A stretch of 64,000 bases of DNA, from the NCBI GenBank assembly GCA_002104905.1, contig MCFE01000297.1, positions 37,212 through 101,211 on the forward strand, given 5' to 3'. The translations under genes and the position numbers were made by a program. Of the stretch, positions 63,341-64,000 are shown piece after piece (positions within the stretch are counted from its first letter, which is position 1; every line of letters begins with the position of its first letter). Source of the stretch: Basidiobolus meristosporus CBS 931.73. Taxonomy: Eukaryota > Fungi > Basidiobolomycota. Under the pieces are notes generated by a model. The model made no database searches, was not told where the DNA came from, and saw nothing but the letters and a program-made list of their open reading frames with translations.

Positions 63341-63819
63341 GGTTAGGGGAGGGTTAGGGGGGGATGATAATCACCACAGGGTGAAATCTTTATTTAAATC
63401 ATAAATAAAGAAGCCAAATTTGAATATGAATATTTGAGATGCAGTAAGCCTACAAGATAAACTTGGACTTTGCTGTATCCCAAATATCCTCAATACTGAA
63501 GTCTAGAGGAGAATGTAGCAAAACTGCCTGTTCACTGTAGTATTTCTTGAGGAAGTTTGTGACTTGAAGGGAAGGAGAGTTTTTCAGCAAGCTGGTAAAC
63601 CTTTTGAGGAGTTCTTTTTCCAGAGAGAATGGTACAAAGAGTGGAATGTCTAAATGATGTCTGAATATATGCTCTGAGAGCTCCCATTCCAACATATTTT
63701 TGACTTCTTCTGTAAAATCTTGAACAATATCTTTGTCAAGAATAACTTCCAAGAGATCCCTGGCAATGTACTGAATGTTAATAATCTTAGGCATATGAAT
63801 ACCTAGGTCCTTGAGGTAG
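63341..63819 (-). mobile_element. Telomeric retro-module 1: 5'-truncated non-RT ORF (possibly ORF1-like) plus the conserved 3' motif
   Basis: ORF 63450-63794 stays open upstream (YLKDLGIH-MPKIINIQYIARDLLEV) into the telomere; motif and degenerate TTAGGG repeats at 63341-63415. Confidence 0.7.
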
Positions 63820-64000
63820 TTAGGGTTAGGGTTAGGGTTAGGGTTAGGGTTAGGGTTAGGGTTAGGGTTAGGGTTAGGGTTAGGGTTAGGGTTAGGGTTA
63901 GGGTTAGGGTTAGGGTTAGGGTTAGGGTTAGGGTTAGGGTTAGGGTTAGGGTTAGGGTTAGGGTTAGGGTTAGGGTTAGGGTTAGGGTTAGGGTTAGGTT
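63820..64000 (+). repeat. Telomere (TTAGGG)~30
   Basis: Perfect TTAGGG array to the end of the window, G-rich strand 5'->3' toward the end. Confidence 0.99.

Noticed and set aside
63341-63415. Hammerhead ribozyme in the module 3' motif (as in Penelope/Terminon elements)
   Set aside because: No CUGANGA core on either strand and no GAAA-stem-UH arrangement; the GTGAAA match is part of a stem. Structure retained as a finding, hammerhead identity rejected.

Overview
Eukaryotic (fungal-type) chromosome end: the window runs into a (TTAGGG)n telomere at 63820-64000. About 1-41 kb is a CpG-stripped nest of decayed transposons: two Ty3/Gypsy elements, three solo-LTR families, a ~730-bp foldback MITE family, and its probable parent, a 3.4-kb PHIS (PIF/Harbinger-ISL2EU-type) DNA transposon with the same TIR and an ANT target duplication. 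38-50.5 kb holds four tandem copies of a two-gene secreted-protein cassette, only one intact, plus two small genes, one a frameshifted six-cysteine defensin-like peptide. 52-59 kb is a CpG-normal, intron-containing head-to-head gene pair: a ~680-aa possible TULIP/P47-like protein and a ~1254-aa protein with toxin-like architecture. The last 2.9 kb before the telomere is a chain of three co-oriented, apparently 5'-truncated non-LTR retroelement modules. Each ends in the same two-hairpin RNA motif plus a telomere-like C-rich tail; this is the most novel-looking system here. All calls are by eye and no database searches were run. Family assignments rest on remembered motifs.
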